A program made the translations under genes and the position numbers. A model generated the notes under the pieces. It saw nothing but the letters and a program-made list of their open reading frames with translations. It was not told the origin of the DNA and searched no databases. A stretch of DNA of 64,000 nucleotides from Escherichia phage warpig. The DNA lies in sequence record MN850637.1. One strand, 5' to 3'. Below are positions 1-10,745 of the stretch, piece by piece; the stretch's first letter is position 1, and each line of letters opens with the position of its first letter.

Positions 1-147
1 CAAACCACACCAAACCGAGCCACACCCTACCAAACCCGACCAAACCCGACAGAGCATCACTTAAAAATCCTCTTAGAAGACTCTTAAGTGATGCTGGTGA
101 GTACCCGTTGGTTTATGCTGCTCAGTATACTCACCAAATTTTCTATG

Positions 148-336
148 TCAACAACTTTCTAATAAAGTTTTATGAAGATTTTGCTTAACGACCCGCCTCA
201 CATGCCTATGCTCTTTCTTAATAAAGAGTGGCCTCTTCTTGACAGAGCGCCTATTCTTGTAAGTGCTACTAGGGTACTTATCATGAACCGGACAACAGCT
301 ACCCGGATTGGTAAACTTGATAATCTCTCTTTTCAC
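148..336 (-). CDS. hypothetical protein (62 aa)
   Basis: ORF co-directional with ligase block; no recognisable motif. Confidence 0.3.
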   Translation of the reverse strand: MKREIIKFTNPGSCCPVHDKYPSSTYKNRRSVKKRPLFIKKEHRHVRRVVKQNLHKTLLESC

Positions 337-1436
337 TATTCATAATCCCTAATAACTAGCCCGACAGGGAACTGTAAAGAACCCTTACGGGTCATCTTCT
401 GGAACTGTACCGTTAAAGGCTTCCCGATAAACTCTTCAGGATGCTCAGCAAGATACTTCTTCTTCTCATGGGTAGTTTTCCATGAAACATCTACAAAGAC
501 ATTAGGAAGAGTCTCTACAACGAACTTGCCATGACCACGCTTATCGGTCTTTACACCAGTCACTTTAAACTCTTCAGTGTGCATCTTCTTGTGCTTAATC
601 AAGAAGTATGAACGGTGACAACACTCATAGAATGAGTCTTCAGAGATTGAACGGTACATTGCACCTTCAAACTTAGCTTCAACCCACTTATCATGAGCTT
701 CATCAAACTCTTCCCAAGAATTTACACGGATAGTCTGTACAGGAACAACTCTACAGGCATCCCCAAGCTCAACAATAGGTGAGTTATCAATAACTTCACG
801 ACGCTCAGGCCAAGATTTTGAATTGTCACAGATATCATACCAGTAGAATTTAAGAAGGTGACGGTCTGGATTGTCAGCATTCTTAATCATAGATACAATA
901 TCTTCTAAGTCCCAACCATGAGCATAAATCTCGCCATCAAAGTCTTCAACTTGCGGGTGTAATTTAAGCAGCAAAAGCAAATCTGGGATTAGTTCTGCTG
1001 GAACGTTGTAAACAGTATTCTCACGAGAATAAGCCGTGAAACTAACTGAATCAGCATCTCTTGAAATTCTGCAACGTACACCATCAAGTTTTGGTTGAGC
1101 ATCAGCAGGGAACTTCAGATACTTTGCATGACTAACCTTTGCAGCATCATGAGCAAGCTGTACACCTACTTTCTCAGTATTCTTTGCAGACTCTTTTGTG
1201 TAAGCGTAGCCTTTACGGTCAACTTGCTTTTTATACTTAGCAGCAACTTCAAAGAGAGCTTGCTGTTCAGCGTTACGCTCATTCTTTTTACCGATGTTTT
1301 TCGGTTCTGCTGTGTACTCTTCAAACATCATCTTGCCATTTTCTTTACCATAGGTTGTAATAACTTTGTCACCTACAGCAACGCATGACCAGACGTTGAA
1401 AGAGCCATCTTTATTTTGTTTGTATAGGATTGTCAT
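336..1436 (-). CDS. ATP-dependent DNA ligase
   Basis: KLDGVRC adenylation (KxDG) motif; about 366 aa; RBS GAGGAA before internal ATG at 1436 (ORF track extends to 1469). Confidence 0.8.
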   Translation of the reverse strand: MTILYKQNKDGSFNVWSCVAVGDKVITTYGKENGKMMFEEYTAEPKNIGKKNERNAEQQALFEVAAKYKKQVDRKGYAYTKESAKNTEKVGVQLAHDAAKVSHAKYLKFPADAQPKLDGVRCRISRDADSVSFTAYSRENTVYNVPAELIPDLLLLLKLHPQVEDFDGEIYAHGWDLEDIVSMIKNADNPDRHLLKFYWYDICDNSKSWPERREVIDNSPIVELGDACRVVPVQTIRVNSWEEFDEAHDKWVEAKFEGAMYRSISEDSFYECCHRSYFLIKHKKMHTEEFKVTGVKTDKRGHGKFVVETLPNVFVDVSWKTTHEKKKYLAEHPEEFIGKPLTVQFQKMTRKGSLQFPVGLVIRDYE

Positions 1437-1438
1437 TT

Positions 1439-1630
1439 TTATTCCTCTGAGTGATACCAAGTATTGCAAGCATTACATGCGTAAAGCTCTAAGTCATTTT
1501 TATCTGGTTTATGAAAACAGTTTGCTCCGCAGTGGCAACGAAATGGCTTTCCACCAACTGTCAGGACGAAGGGCTGAATCTTTCCATCAGGAGTCCGTAC
1601 AGCATTTTTATGCTTATCTTCTTTGTTCAT
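1439..1630 (-). CDS. small Cys-rich zinc-ribbon-like protein
   Basis: 63 aa with CHCGANC...CNAC cysteine pattern. Confidence 0.4.
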   Translation of the reverse strand: MNKEDKHKNAVRTPDGKIQPFVLTVGGKPFRCHCGANCFHKPDKNDLELYACNACNTWYHSEE

Positions 1631-1932
1631 TTCCTCTTGCCACCAATTTCTACGTCAATAACTTGAACATCACCAGCAACATCAAACTTATGAATGATGC
1701 TTTCCACAGTGTAAGTCCAACCATCAATGCGAACCAACTCACCTTCTCGTGGGACGATTGGGTTACGTTGAGCTACCGTTGTAGTAGAGTGAACAACATC
1801 ATAACAATAGATATAGTTTACTAGGACTTCCATCGTGAAACCCTCACTCAATAACCGTAGTGTGTGATTGACCATTTTTGCCATAGCTATAAGATGTTGT
1901 TGTTTGGGAGTTTGGACATCTGACAACAACAA
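1627..1932 (-). CDS. hypothetical protein
   Basis: 101-aa ORF in minus-strand block; partly overlaps next ORF, start uncertain. Confidence 0.35.
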   Translation of the reverse strand: MLLSDVQTPKQQHLIAMAKMVNHTLRLLSEGFTMEVLVNYIYCYDVVHSTTTVAQRNPIVPREGELVRIDGWTYTVESIIHKFDVAGDVQVIDVEIGGKRK

Positions 1933-2080
1933 TATCTCTGCTTATAGCATCACCATGTAACTTGTATACTCTGCAATCTTGCATCTCTGGTGGGAGGCTG
2001 TAAGAAGCATTTTTATCTTCATAAGAAGGGTTGCAGCCAGATAGAAAAATAACACCAAGCGCAATTACTGATTTCCACAT
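1844..2080 (-). CDS. putative lipoprotein
   Basis: N-terminal hydrophobic signal with lipobox-like FLSGC; RBS AGGGG before internal ATG. Confidence 0.45.
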   Translation of the reverse strand: MWKSVIALGVIFLSGCNPSYEDKNASYSLPPEMQDCRVYKLHGDAISRDIVVVRCPNSQTTTSYSYGKNGQSHTTVIE

Positions 2081-2267
2081 AATACACCCCTGTTTACTGT
2101 TCACGATGCTCTACTTCTCTGTATGTACGTCGATAATGAATGATAAGTGGTGCTAATTCATTGCTTTTAACATTTGAGCGTAACAGTTGCCAGTCAAAAC
2201 CTTTACCAACTCTTCCATATAAATTAAAAAACTTAACTTTGCGTTTCATTTTCGGTATCTCCAATAT

Positions 2268-2495
2268 TCAGAGGTTAATATTAATACGTTCGCCCTTAAG
2301 GACTCCAGTACGGTCCCTTGCAATCTTACCATCAACAATAAGGATATGCGCAGACCTTAAAGAGTCATTATTAAAACCTTTTACGAACTTACTAGGCATC
2401 ACTACAATAAGCATCTCCTGAATCAACTCTGGAGTATAGCAGTTATCATGAAGTTGTTGGATAACGTCTGCAAGTGTCATTTTTGATGTCTCCAA
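2268..2495 (-). CDS. hypothetical protein
   Basis: 75-aa ORF in minus-strand block. Confidence 0.35.
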   Translation of the reverse strand: METSKMTLADVIQQLHDNCYTPELIQEMLIVVMPSKFVKGFNNDSLRSAHILIVDGKIARDRTGVLKGERININL

Positions 2496-2686
2496 TACTC
2501 AATGTCAATAAGTTCTTGTGCAATGCTTTTCAGATTACCTTTCAAGAAAACCTTCTCAGAACCTGAAAGAGATGAATTGTCAATTAACCTGTTCATTCTC
2601 TCAAACAACTTCTGCTTACGGTTCTTGATAGTTTCCTTTGAAGCGCCTTTCATCATCGCTGCATGGGTTCTTCCACGATGGCTCAT
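2477..2686 (-). CDS. hypothetical protein
   Basis: 69-aa ORF in minus-strand block. Confidence 0.35.
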   Translation of the reverse strand: MSHRGRTHAAMMKGASKETIKNRKQKLFERMNRLIDNSSLSGSEKVFLKGNLKSIAQELIDIEYWRHQK

Positions 2687-2737
2687 AAGTCCTCCTATAC
2701 AAGATATTGTATAAGGTACTCTTCCCTGAGCACCTTG

Positions 2738-3289
2738 TCAACTTAGTTTTGCAAACTCTCCGTGGAGTTTAATAGCAGCTTCACAGTAAGCTTTATGGGC
2801 TTCTTCAGGGGTGTCAAACATACCAAGATGATAGTTTTTACCTTGTAAACGTATCATTGCTCGAAACCTTTTACTTATCTTCTGTACACCTTTTGGCAAC
2901 CCAGATGGGGACTCTCTTGACCGATTGCAAGAGTTTTGTGAAGCTGTACAAACCCTTAAATTCAAGTACCTATTGTCCCAACCGTCCCCATTCTTATGGT
3001 CAACCTGTAAGGTTTTATCAGGTAGATATCCATCCATATACAAGACAACTAAACGATTTGCTTGGTAACCCCTTCCATCAATCAGCAACTGAACTGACTT
3101 GTGTCCATCAGTATTTGTTCTGTAGTTTCCAGCCCTCTTACCTCCAAATCTAGAGTTAAAGTTTGCATTACCTTCTCTAAACTTCCAAGTAAAGACCCCT
3201 GTTTCGGGGTCGTAGTCCAATAGCTCCTTAAGACGAATTTCTGTAATCATTTCAACACCATCAATGTACCTCATACCAGCTCTTACCAA
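2738..3289 (-). CDS. HNH homing endonuclease with AP2-type DNA-binding domain
   Basis: VDHKNGDGWDNRYLNLRV HNH core plus C-terminal AP2-like segment; sits directly 3' of the intron-containing polymerase gene and overlaps its last codons. Confidence 0.7.
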   Translation of the reverse strand: MVRAGMRYIDGVEMITEIRLKELLDYDPETGVFTWKFREGNANFNSRFGGKRAGNYRTNTDGHKSVQLLIDGRGYQANRLVVLYMDGYLPDKTLQVDHKNGDGWDNRYLNLRVCTASQNSCNRSRESPSGLPKGVQKISKRFRAMIRLQGKNYHLGMFDTPEEAHKAYCEAAIKLHGEFAKLS

Positions 3290-3817
3290 CCTTACCTGTG
3301 CCAGTTACAAGCGTCTCACTCTTCAAACCTAAATTCTTAGATGCCTGACCATACATCCAGTCAGTTATGGCTTTAACTTCTTGAGTCATACTTTCTGGGC
3401 ATTCCCAACTGTTTTCATCGTGGTATGCCAGCAAAAGCCTAGCACCGATTGCTGGTTTTCGTCCATTTAATTTTGTCAATCCTTCTTCACATGCTCTTCT
3501 ACAAGCAAGGTTAATTGCCTCGTTCTGAATCTGGCTTTCCGAACCCATGAGCAAATAATTCAATAACTTATGTGGAGATTTACACCACAACCATGCACCT
3601 GCTACCTTTACAAAACCCCCTTTAGAGATTGCAGCAGTCTTACCAAACACCTCTTCAAGTGCCTTTTTAGTTGCTTTGTAGTCAGCTTCCAAGTCATCTA
3701 GCAGCTTCTTAATTTTAGGCAAACGAATAAAGTAAGTCTGTTTAGTCAGCGCACCTTCCTGAGTAGTTGCAGCCTTAATCGTCTTAGCAAACTTCTCATC
3801 ACCTGCACCGAACAATA
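3261..3817 (-). CDS. DNA polymerase (family A, T7-like), exon 2
   Basis: Begins inside motif B (LFGAGDEK) and contains SPHK and YHDE (motif C) regions that align with my recollection of T7 DNA polymerase C-terminus. Confidence 0.85.
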
Positions 3818-4128
3818 CATCTGGTCAATACACTCGCAAGGTGTACCAGTTCTCTTATGAACTTCTCCGCATTTCTACGGAGTGTCGGACTATATCACGT
3901 AGTAATAATACTACCGTTGCACTTGGGAATGGTCATTAGCTTACCACCCTACTCTACTCAGTTCATACATTAAGTATGCTTTTCGATAGTCTCTGAACGT
4001 TTCTCTGTTAGGAATCTCTATAGTTATGTTATTTGCTTTAGGAGTCCTAACAGAGACTTCGCTGCTGATTACCATATCTTTACAGACTTAGGCTTCCAGC
4101 AATTCACAACGTTTTACATGCGCCACTG
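3818..4128 (-). mobile_element. group I intron, ORF-less, inserted in polymerase motif B
   Basis: About 310-nt gap between pol exons; minus strand carries R-like GTTCAGAGACTA (3987-3998) and S-like GATATAGTCC (3887-3896) in the expected order; boundaries inferred from frame restoration (IYALLFGAG), within a few nt. Confidence 0.75.
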
Positions 4129-6271
4129 ACGCATAGATACCATTCTTAGCCTTCTTACGTCCTTTGCTAATCTCATGAAGAAGATTCTCATCCTGAGTAG
4201 CTCGACAAGTCAAGATGTCCTGCTCATCATTCAAGTTAAAGTAAATACTATTCAGTGTATGTGCATCAGTCCCTGAATAGACAACGTACAGGTCATTCTC
4301 AGAGTCATAGTGAAGGTACTTATCAATCTCTGGGTTGAGATACTCATCGAAGTGTTTGCAGTAATAGCGTCCATCTTCTTGACGAGTAAACTCAATCTCT
4401 TCTTTACCTTGCGTTACCGCTTTGGTGAACTCTTTATCACCCATAAAGTTACAAAGGAGAACTAGCTGGGCTGAGTTCATATCAACGGAGACTACGTTGG
4501 TTCCCTCTTCGCAAATCCACACCTCCCTCATAGGCGCTCCATAGACAGCAGCACCAGACGGTACGTTTACAATACCATATTGTGTCATACGTCCAGTTGA
4601 AGTGCCAAACACCATTGCACCAGCACTAAGGCGACCATCAGGACGAATCTGGTTCAACCAACCTTTTTCATCATCCTTTGAGTTCTCAATAGTTCTGCGT
4701 CGGTGCATCAAAGTATAGTACTTAGCAATCTTCTGTCCAAGCTCACCTTCAATCGTATCATAAGATGATTCAGTAAGTTTTGGTGAAGTACGGATTAAGC
4801 AAGGTTCAAGCAAATCTGTGTATTTCTTCACAGACCAGTTATGCTCGATGTACTGTACACCTTCATGTTCAACATAACTCAAACCACACCGCTCAACCAT
4901 TTCCTGCCACTTAGGATGCTTTGTAATCATCTTTTTATTGTCTTTGAAACGACAAACTTTGATAGGGCGACCATCTGAGTCTTTCTTGTAATTCCAGTCA
5001 TCTGGAATCCAACCAACTGATTTCAAGTAGTCTTTAACAACTGCTACCTGAGTCATACGAGAAACTTCAAACTCAATTGGTGTATATGGTGCATCAATCA
5101 AACCTGTGTAGCGACTTGACTCAAGTTCAAAGTGATTGACAACGTGACTGTTATAGTACTTCACAGTCTTGACTGTTTTTACTGGTTTCCAGTCTTTGCA
5201 TTTTTTGCCAATCTTTGCATTCAACTCGTTGCAGATTGCACGAGCATCCTTCATCGCTACAAAACCCTCTTTGTACTCTTCACCAGTTACAGAGTTGGTT
5301 GGTGTATAGCAATTCCTTTTTTCAATGTTAAAAATCTTTGTAGTTGGCTTACCAAATGGCTTGATTTCGTATGTCTGCATCTCACCGTTACGCACCTGTT
5401 GACGATACTTTGTCTTAGGATACTTGGTAATTCTCTTCAGTCCATCTGCATGACCAAATGTTTCAACATACTCATTCCAAGCTTTTGCAAACTCTTCTCC
5501 AGTGACTTTACCTTTGGTCTTAATAGTTGGAGGTAGATGTGGTTCAACCTCTGAAGCAAGCTCATTAGTCAACTTGTCAAGCTCCTTTACATGGAACTCC
5601 ATAAGCTCTTTATCAGCTTTCCAACCATTGATAGCTTGTTGACTCATCCAGAAAGATGTTTCTTTAGCTCGCATGTAAGTTTCATAAGTGTCTATACCAC
5701 ACTTCTTAAGCTTGAGATACTCGTTATCAAGTGCCCGTTTAGTTTTGGCATTAATACGGATATCTTCTACAACACGAGTGAAGATTTCTGCATTCCACAC
5801 ACCCCAATGTTCAATCTCTGGTTTACGGACACCAACACGAGCACCCCATGCAGCCAAACCATGAGCACCTTTATAGCCCTTTGGAGTTGGTCTATCCATC
5901 CACTGAACACGGGACTGGATAAGAGAATCCTGAAAGAAATTACTCCACGGTTTACACTTTGGATTATCAAAGTTCCATAAATCAGGTGCAATGTGATTAA
6001 AAACCCACCAGTCATAACCGAGACCGTTATGGATGCAAAGACGTTTTGCCTTTAACGCAAACTCAATACCTTCTCGTAAGCCACCCTTAATGTACTTAGT
6101 GTACTTGTGACCGAGGATAGGCTCATCTGTAAAGACCCATACAGGTGGCTCTTCATCGTCAGATTTATAGTCTGCAAAGGCCATTACGTGAACTTTAGTG
6201 AACTCAAGGAGTAAACCATCAGTTTCTGTATCACCAACCAAATGTAAGTTTTTAAAATCTACGTTTTCCAT
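4129..6271 (-). CDS. DNA polymerase (family A, T7-like), exon 1
   Basis: Exo I motif VGDTETDGL, T7-pol-like blocks (GLAAWG, YTPIEFEV, motif A VDMNSAQL), ends within motif B (RKKAKNGIYA); RBS GAGGGAG before ATG at 6271. Confidence 0.9.
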
Positions 6272-6528
6272 TTTTACTCCCTCTAAAATCATTAACCTCA
6301 TACATTACTGCAAAAAATTATAAAAAGCAAGTTGACAATGTACTTGACAAGGTGTTAATCTTTGCGAAGTGGGTTTTTACTTAAAAGGTTACTTAACAGT
6401 TTAACTATACAGATACTTTAAAACTCTTAAAAGATTATTTAATAGCTTTTAAAAAGCTTTAAAGTATAACGTATAGAATACGTTAAGATAAAAGATTAAA
6501 ACTTAATAGTTACTTAAAAGAGGCTTAC

Positions 6529-6951
6529 ATGCAGAAAATGTTTGTTCACCCAGACATAGCTGACTTTGTTAGAGCTTTGCAGAAGTTGGAAGAACTTGAC
6601 ATTGCTGCTCAGCGGGAATATGCTCACCATCACAGGAGAATGGTTGATATACAACATGAAATAGAGTTGTCTGAAAACTATGAAGATGACTTAAAATGCT
6701 CTGTATTTGAGCATATGAAAGATGTTGCTACAGCGAGACGTAAAGCTAAAGACACAGTTGCTTTACTAGATTCTCTTAAAAAGAGGTTGCAAAGTGGTAC
6801 AGACCTGTGTAATCTAGCGTCACTGATTAACGATGTTGAAACTTCTTGGGATAGGCACTATTATCCACGTTCTGAAAAGACACTTGACTTTTCTTCATCC
6901 GAAAACTTAAAATGTTCTAGAAAGAAACTTAACCAACTGAGAGAGAAATAA
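6529..6951 (+). CDS. hypothetical protein
   Basis: 140-aa ORF, first gene of plus-strand block. Confidence 0.45.
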   Translation: MQKMFVHPDIADFVRALQKLEELDIAAQREYAHHHRRMVDIQHEIELSENYEDDLKCSVFEHMKDVATARRKAKDTVALLDSLKKRLQSGTDLCNLASLINDVETSWDRHYYPRSEKTLDFSSSENLKCSRKKLNQLREK

Positions 6952-6952
6952 T

Positions 6953-7753
6953 ATGAATATCGATGTAGAAAAGATGCTTGAAGAAAAAGGTATTGACGAA
7001 GCATTTTTAATCAATGCCGTAGAAAGCATGGCTATGATTCTTCGTGGGAACAACTACACAGAACAGTTTATGCCTTCAAGCTATAACTTGCCTGAAGACA
7101 AGTCTGATAACGGTGCTTTTGCAGAACAGGTTAACATGATGTTGACAGACACTACACTTGCTTTAGCATCTATAGTCGTAGGTGTTGATGCTCTTGCAGA
7201 GTTCATTTTTAAGGAGATGCAGAAAAATGACTATATCTCCCTTAACTCTGAAGAAAAGGACTTATTACTGTTATTAGGTAATAATGAGTTAATTTCCATG
7301 ATAATTTCATCAACAAGTGCTGTTATGGCTGCTCTTGAGAAGCGAATGGAAGAGAAGCTTTCACGATATGAAAAACTTGATTGGGGGGTAGAAGAACTAA
7401 ACCCACGAATCCAAGAAATTATCCAGCAAACCAAAGATTCTTTGGAAGAAGCTGTTGAAAATGACTCTGTAGCTGATATAGAACCACTTCAGGTGAAAGT
7501 TGCACTGATGATTCCAGCTATCTCTACGATGATGAATATCGTTGCACTAATCCAACTTTCACAGATGATGGGTGTAAGTATTGAGTTCATTGAGGAGATG
7601 ACTGGTGGCGTTAGTATGCAAGCCATCAATGATGTTTTGGTGAACATTTGTGCTTCAATCATTGAAGAAAAACTACGCATTAACTTCGGTGATGATTTTG
7701 TGAAGCAAATCTCAGCTATGGCTGAAAAAGAGTCTGCTGAGCAACTGCACTAA
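6953..7753 (+). CDS. hypothetical acidic protein
   Basis: 266-aa ORF, tightly coupled to upstream ORF. Confidence 0.45.
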   Translation: MNIDVEKMLEEKGIDEAFLINAVESMAMILRGNNYTEQFMPSSYNLPEDKSDNGAFAEQVNMMLTDTTLALASIVVGVDALAEFIFKEMQKNDYISLNSEEKDLLLLLGNNELISMIISSTSAVMAALEKRMEEKLSRYEKLDWGVEELNPRIQEIIQQTKDSLEEAVENDSVADIEPLQVKVALMIPAISTMMNIVALIQLSQMMGVSIEFIEEMTGGVSMQAINDVLVNICASIIEEKLRINFGDDFVKQISAMAEKESAEQLH

Positions 7754-7770
7754 GTCTTTATAAATCTTAC

Positions 7771-7795
7771 AAGCCTCCTTAGTTGGGGGCTTTTT
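7771..7795 (+). terminator. rho-independent terminator
   Basis: AAGCCTCC-TTAGTT-GGGGGCTT hairpin followed by TTT. Confidence 0.5.
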
Positions 7796-7814
7796 AGTAA
7801 TTAAGGGAGATAAA

Positions 7815-8558
7815 ATGAGTAATATTATCGCATTTACTGGAAAGGCACGTTCTGGAAAAGACACCTCATGTTCTATTGTGAAGAACATCTTAGAGGATGA
7901 GTATGGCTACAATGTTGCTGTAATGGCCTTTGCAGACAACCTTAAACTATCTGCATCAAAGATATTTGACTTGACTTGGAATGACCTGTGCGGTGAAACT
8001 AAAGAGACTCCACAGGTTTTTGACTTATCATACTCTGAACTGATGTTTAAAGTTACGGAAGCTATGGAGTTCACCTTCAGAGATGAACGTTACCATATGG
8101 ACTTCAAGCTTATGTCAGAGTTAACCGGACGATTAATCATGGAGCTTAAGAAGGTTGCTAAACCGACTCTATTGACACGTCTGGGGTTTAGTAAAAAGTA
8201 TAAATTCTCATCAAGACAAATTCAACAGATTTGGGGTACTGAAGTTGTCCGTAAAGTAATGGGCGACAAGTTCTGGTCTAAAGACCTTGAAAAAAGAATG
8301 GTTAGATTCCATGAAATGTGCTCACTTAGAAACCAATATGGTTTTGTCTTAATCAGTGATTTAAGATTTGACTCTGAAGCTGAATGGCTGAGTAGATTTG
8401 CACACCAAACTATTGAAGTAAAAAGAGACAATGTGGACAAAGTTTCATCACATGTTTCAGAAAATGGGATTTCTACAAAATATGAGCGTGACATTATTCA
8501 TAATAATGGTACTCTTGCAGACCTTGAGAACAAGCTAAGAGCCATCATTAAAGTTTAA
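7815..8558 (+). CDS. deoxynucleoside monophosphate kinase
   Basis: N-terminal P-loop AFTGKARSGKDT closely resembles T4 gp1 dNMP kinase N-terminus as I recall it. Confidence 0.65.
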   Translation: MSNIIAFTGKARSGKDTSCSIVKNILEDEYGYNVAVMAFADNLKLSASKIFDLTWNDLCGETKETPQVFDLSYSELMFKVTEAMEFTFRDERYHMDFKLMSELTGRLIMELKKVAKPTLLTRLGFSKKYKFSSRQIQQIWGTEVVRKVMGDKFWSKDLEKRMVRFHEMCSLRNQYGFVLISDLRFDSEAEWLSRFAHQTIEVKRDNVDKVSSHVSENGISTKYERDIIHNNGTLADLENKLRAIIKV

Positions 8559-8566
8559 AAGAGAGA

Positions 8567-8767
8567 ATGAAGATGAGAGTAAAAGACAATTTTAAAGTTA
8601 TTGACCACCGTTTAGTGGAACTCTCATCTCTTTCCAATGAGGTAATGATTGAACGTCTTAAGAGAGTTGAATCACGAAGGAAAGAGATTGCAGATGAAAT
8701 TCATGAACTGGACAAGATTGAAAATGGATTGAAGGCAGAACTACAACGAAGAGGTGCTAATGTCTAA
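8567..8767 (+). CDS. hypothetical protein
   Basis: 66-aa coiled-coil-like ORF. Confidence 0.4.
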   Translation: MKMRVKDNFKVIDHRLVELSSLSNEVMIERLKRVESRRKEIADEIHELDKIENGLKAELQRRGANV

Positions 8768-10745
8768 AGGTCGTAAATTGAAAGAGGCTGGTCAGTTTGT
8801 TGGTCATTGCGCATGTCCACGTTGTGGTTCATCAGATGCTGGTTCAATCTATCATCATGACGATGATTCTTATTCAATGACTTGCTTTAGTTGTAACAAA
8901 GGTTTCCCAGAGTGGGATTTTGATAAAGGACAAATCGTGAGCACTTATTCTACTGGTTCAGACAATAAAAACCGTACTTTCCGTGGAATGGATTTAGACG
9001 ATGTAAAAGAAAACCTTGAAGCAATGGACTTAAAGGATAGGAAGATTCCTGCAAAAGTCCTTGAACGCTTAGGTATCAAGGTTGACATTGACAGTGACGG
9101 TGAAATTGATGCGCACTTCTATCCAACTTACAAACGTAATGAAGATGGTAAGCTAGAACATGTTGGCTACCGTGTTCGTCACCGTTACCCAGAAGACCAT
9201 CCAAAAGAGCACCTACGTGGTAAGCTAAAAGACTTTTCTGGTGGTGTTGGAGACATTAAAGGTGAACTAGCAATGTTCGGTTCATGGATTGCTCCAGAAG
9301 GTGGTAACCGTCTATTCATCTGGGAAGGTGAGATGGAATGTGCGACAGCAATCTATATGACTTCTCTTGCGATTAAGGACAAGTCTCGTCGTAAGAATTA
9401 CTGTCACGTATCTGTTCCATCAGGTGCAAACATTAAGTCTATCAAAGACAACTATCAGTACATCACATCATTTGATGAGATTTACTTGTGCTTTGATAAC
9501 GATGAAGCAGGTGCTAAAGCTACCAAAGAGGCTGCTGGTATCCTACCTATTGAGAAGGTTCGCTTATTCCAGTATCCAGAAGGCGTAAAAGACCTTAACG
9601 AGTGGTGGACAAAGTTCTATAAAGAGAAAGATACAGTTCTGGAAGGATTTAAGCAGCGTATCTACAATGCACCTCGTTACTGTCCTGCTGGTATCAAGAA
9701 CTTTGCAGATGGTTTTGAGGCAATGAAGAATCGTGGTCAGATTCCATTGATTCCTTTCCCAGAATCTTTCGGAGATTTGAACAGGCTGACTTATGGTGGT
9801 TATGGTCTAGGTGAGATTACAACTATTGCAGCACCATCTTCAGTAGGTAAGTCAGCTTACACTCGTGAGATGATTTACTCAGCTTGGAAAGAAACTGATT
9901 ATAATATCGGTGTAATTCCTGTAGAAGATACCTATGAAGAGTTGATGGAGATGCTCTGTGCAATCCACCTGAGCAAGCAGATTTCTGAGATTCCTTATGA
10001 TGAACGGGATTGGGATGAATTAAAAGGAGCACACGCAGAACTATCTAAAGGCCGTCGTATCCATATCGTTGACCATCAAGGGGCAATTGACCAAGATAAC
10101 CTGCTAGAGTTTGTTGACTATCTTGTTAACAGTTTAGACTGTAAGATTATCATTCTTGACCCTATCACGTTAGCCCTGTCACGTTCTGATACGGATGAAG
10201 AAGAAGTTTTGTCTGAGCTATTGCGTCGTTGCAAACGCTACCAGTATGCGCAGGTAAACGTATGTCACGTTCGTAAGAGTGCAGGTGGTCAGAAAGCTAA
10301 CTCTGAAGGTGGAGATATCTCTGAAGAGGATATCAAAGGTTCTGGTGCGTATTTTCAGATTTCTATGAATAACATTCTGTTAATGCGTAACAAGGTTGAC
10401 CCAGACCCAGTTAAGAAAAACTTGACAAAAATCAAGTTAACTAAGTGTCGTCGTCATGGTAAGTCAACAGGTATTGCTGGCCATACTTGGTATAATCCAG
10501 ATACAGGACGTCTTATTAAAGCTTCTGGATGTGGAGTTGACATTGATGGCGCAGCAGAAAATATTCGCCAACAGTTTGGTATTGGTGAAGCTGAAGACTA
10601 TTACGATGACTCTTTGCCACATTATGAGGATGAAGTGTTTGACCGTGAGACTGGTGAAGTCTATACTGAAGAACAGCGTCAAAGCTCAACGATTCCACCT
10701 GTATTAAGTGAGGATGCAGATGACTGCCCATTCGAAACTGAGTGA
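8760..10745 (+). CDS. DNA primase-helicase (T7 gp4-like)
   Basis: N-terminal Cys4 zinc ribbon (CPRCGSS...CFSCNKG), central TOPRIM-like region, C-terminal DnaB-type helicase with Walker A APSSVGKSAYT. Confidence 0.85.
   Translation: MSKGRKLKEAGQFVGHCACPRCGSSDAGSIYHHDDDSYSMTCFSCNKGFPEWDFDKGQIVSTYSTGSDNKNRTFRGMDLDDVKENLEAMDLKDRKIPAKVLERLGIKVDIDSDGEIDAHFYPTYKRNEDGKLEHVGYRVRHRYPEDHPKEHLRGKLKDFSGGVGDIKGELAMFGSWIAPEGGNRLFIWEGEMECATAIYMTSLAIKDKSRRKNYCHVSVPSGANIKSIKDNYQYITSFDEIYLCFDNDEAGAKATKEAAGILPIEKVRLFQYPEGVKDLNEWWTKFYKEKDTVLEGFKQRIYNAPRYCPAGIKNFADGFEAMKNRGQIPLIPFPESFGDLNRLTYGGYGLGEITTIAAPSSVGKSAYTREMIYSAWKETDYNIGVIPVEDTYEELMEMLCAIHLSKQISEIPYDERDWDELKGAHAELSKGRRIHIVDHQGAIDQDNLLEFVDYLVNSLDCKIIILDPITLALSRSDTDEEEVLSELLRRCKRYQYAQVNVCHVRKSAGGQKANSEGGDISEEDIKGSGAYFQISMNNILLMRNKVDPDPVKKNLTKIKLTKCRRHGKSTGIAGHTWYNPDTGRLIKASGCGVDIDGAAENIRQQFGIGEAEDYYDDSLPHYEDEVFDRETGEVYTEEQRQSSTIPPVLSEDADDCPFETE

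Noticed and set aside
3818-4128. Intein, frameshift or pseudogene explanation for the split polymerase
   Set aside because: An in-frame stop ends exon 1, so it is not an intein; the intervening sequence has group I R and S elements and splicing restores motif B exactly, so decay is unlikely.
5132-6015. Antisense track ORFs inside the polymerase gene (5132..5536, 5591..5980, 5767..6015), with similar cases inside nrdD, NAMPT, rIIB and the terminase
   Set aside because: They lie wholly within long, motif-supported genes on the opposite strand and have no RBS or recognisable features.
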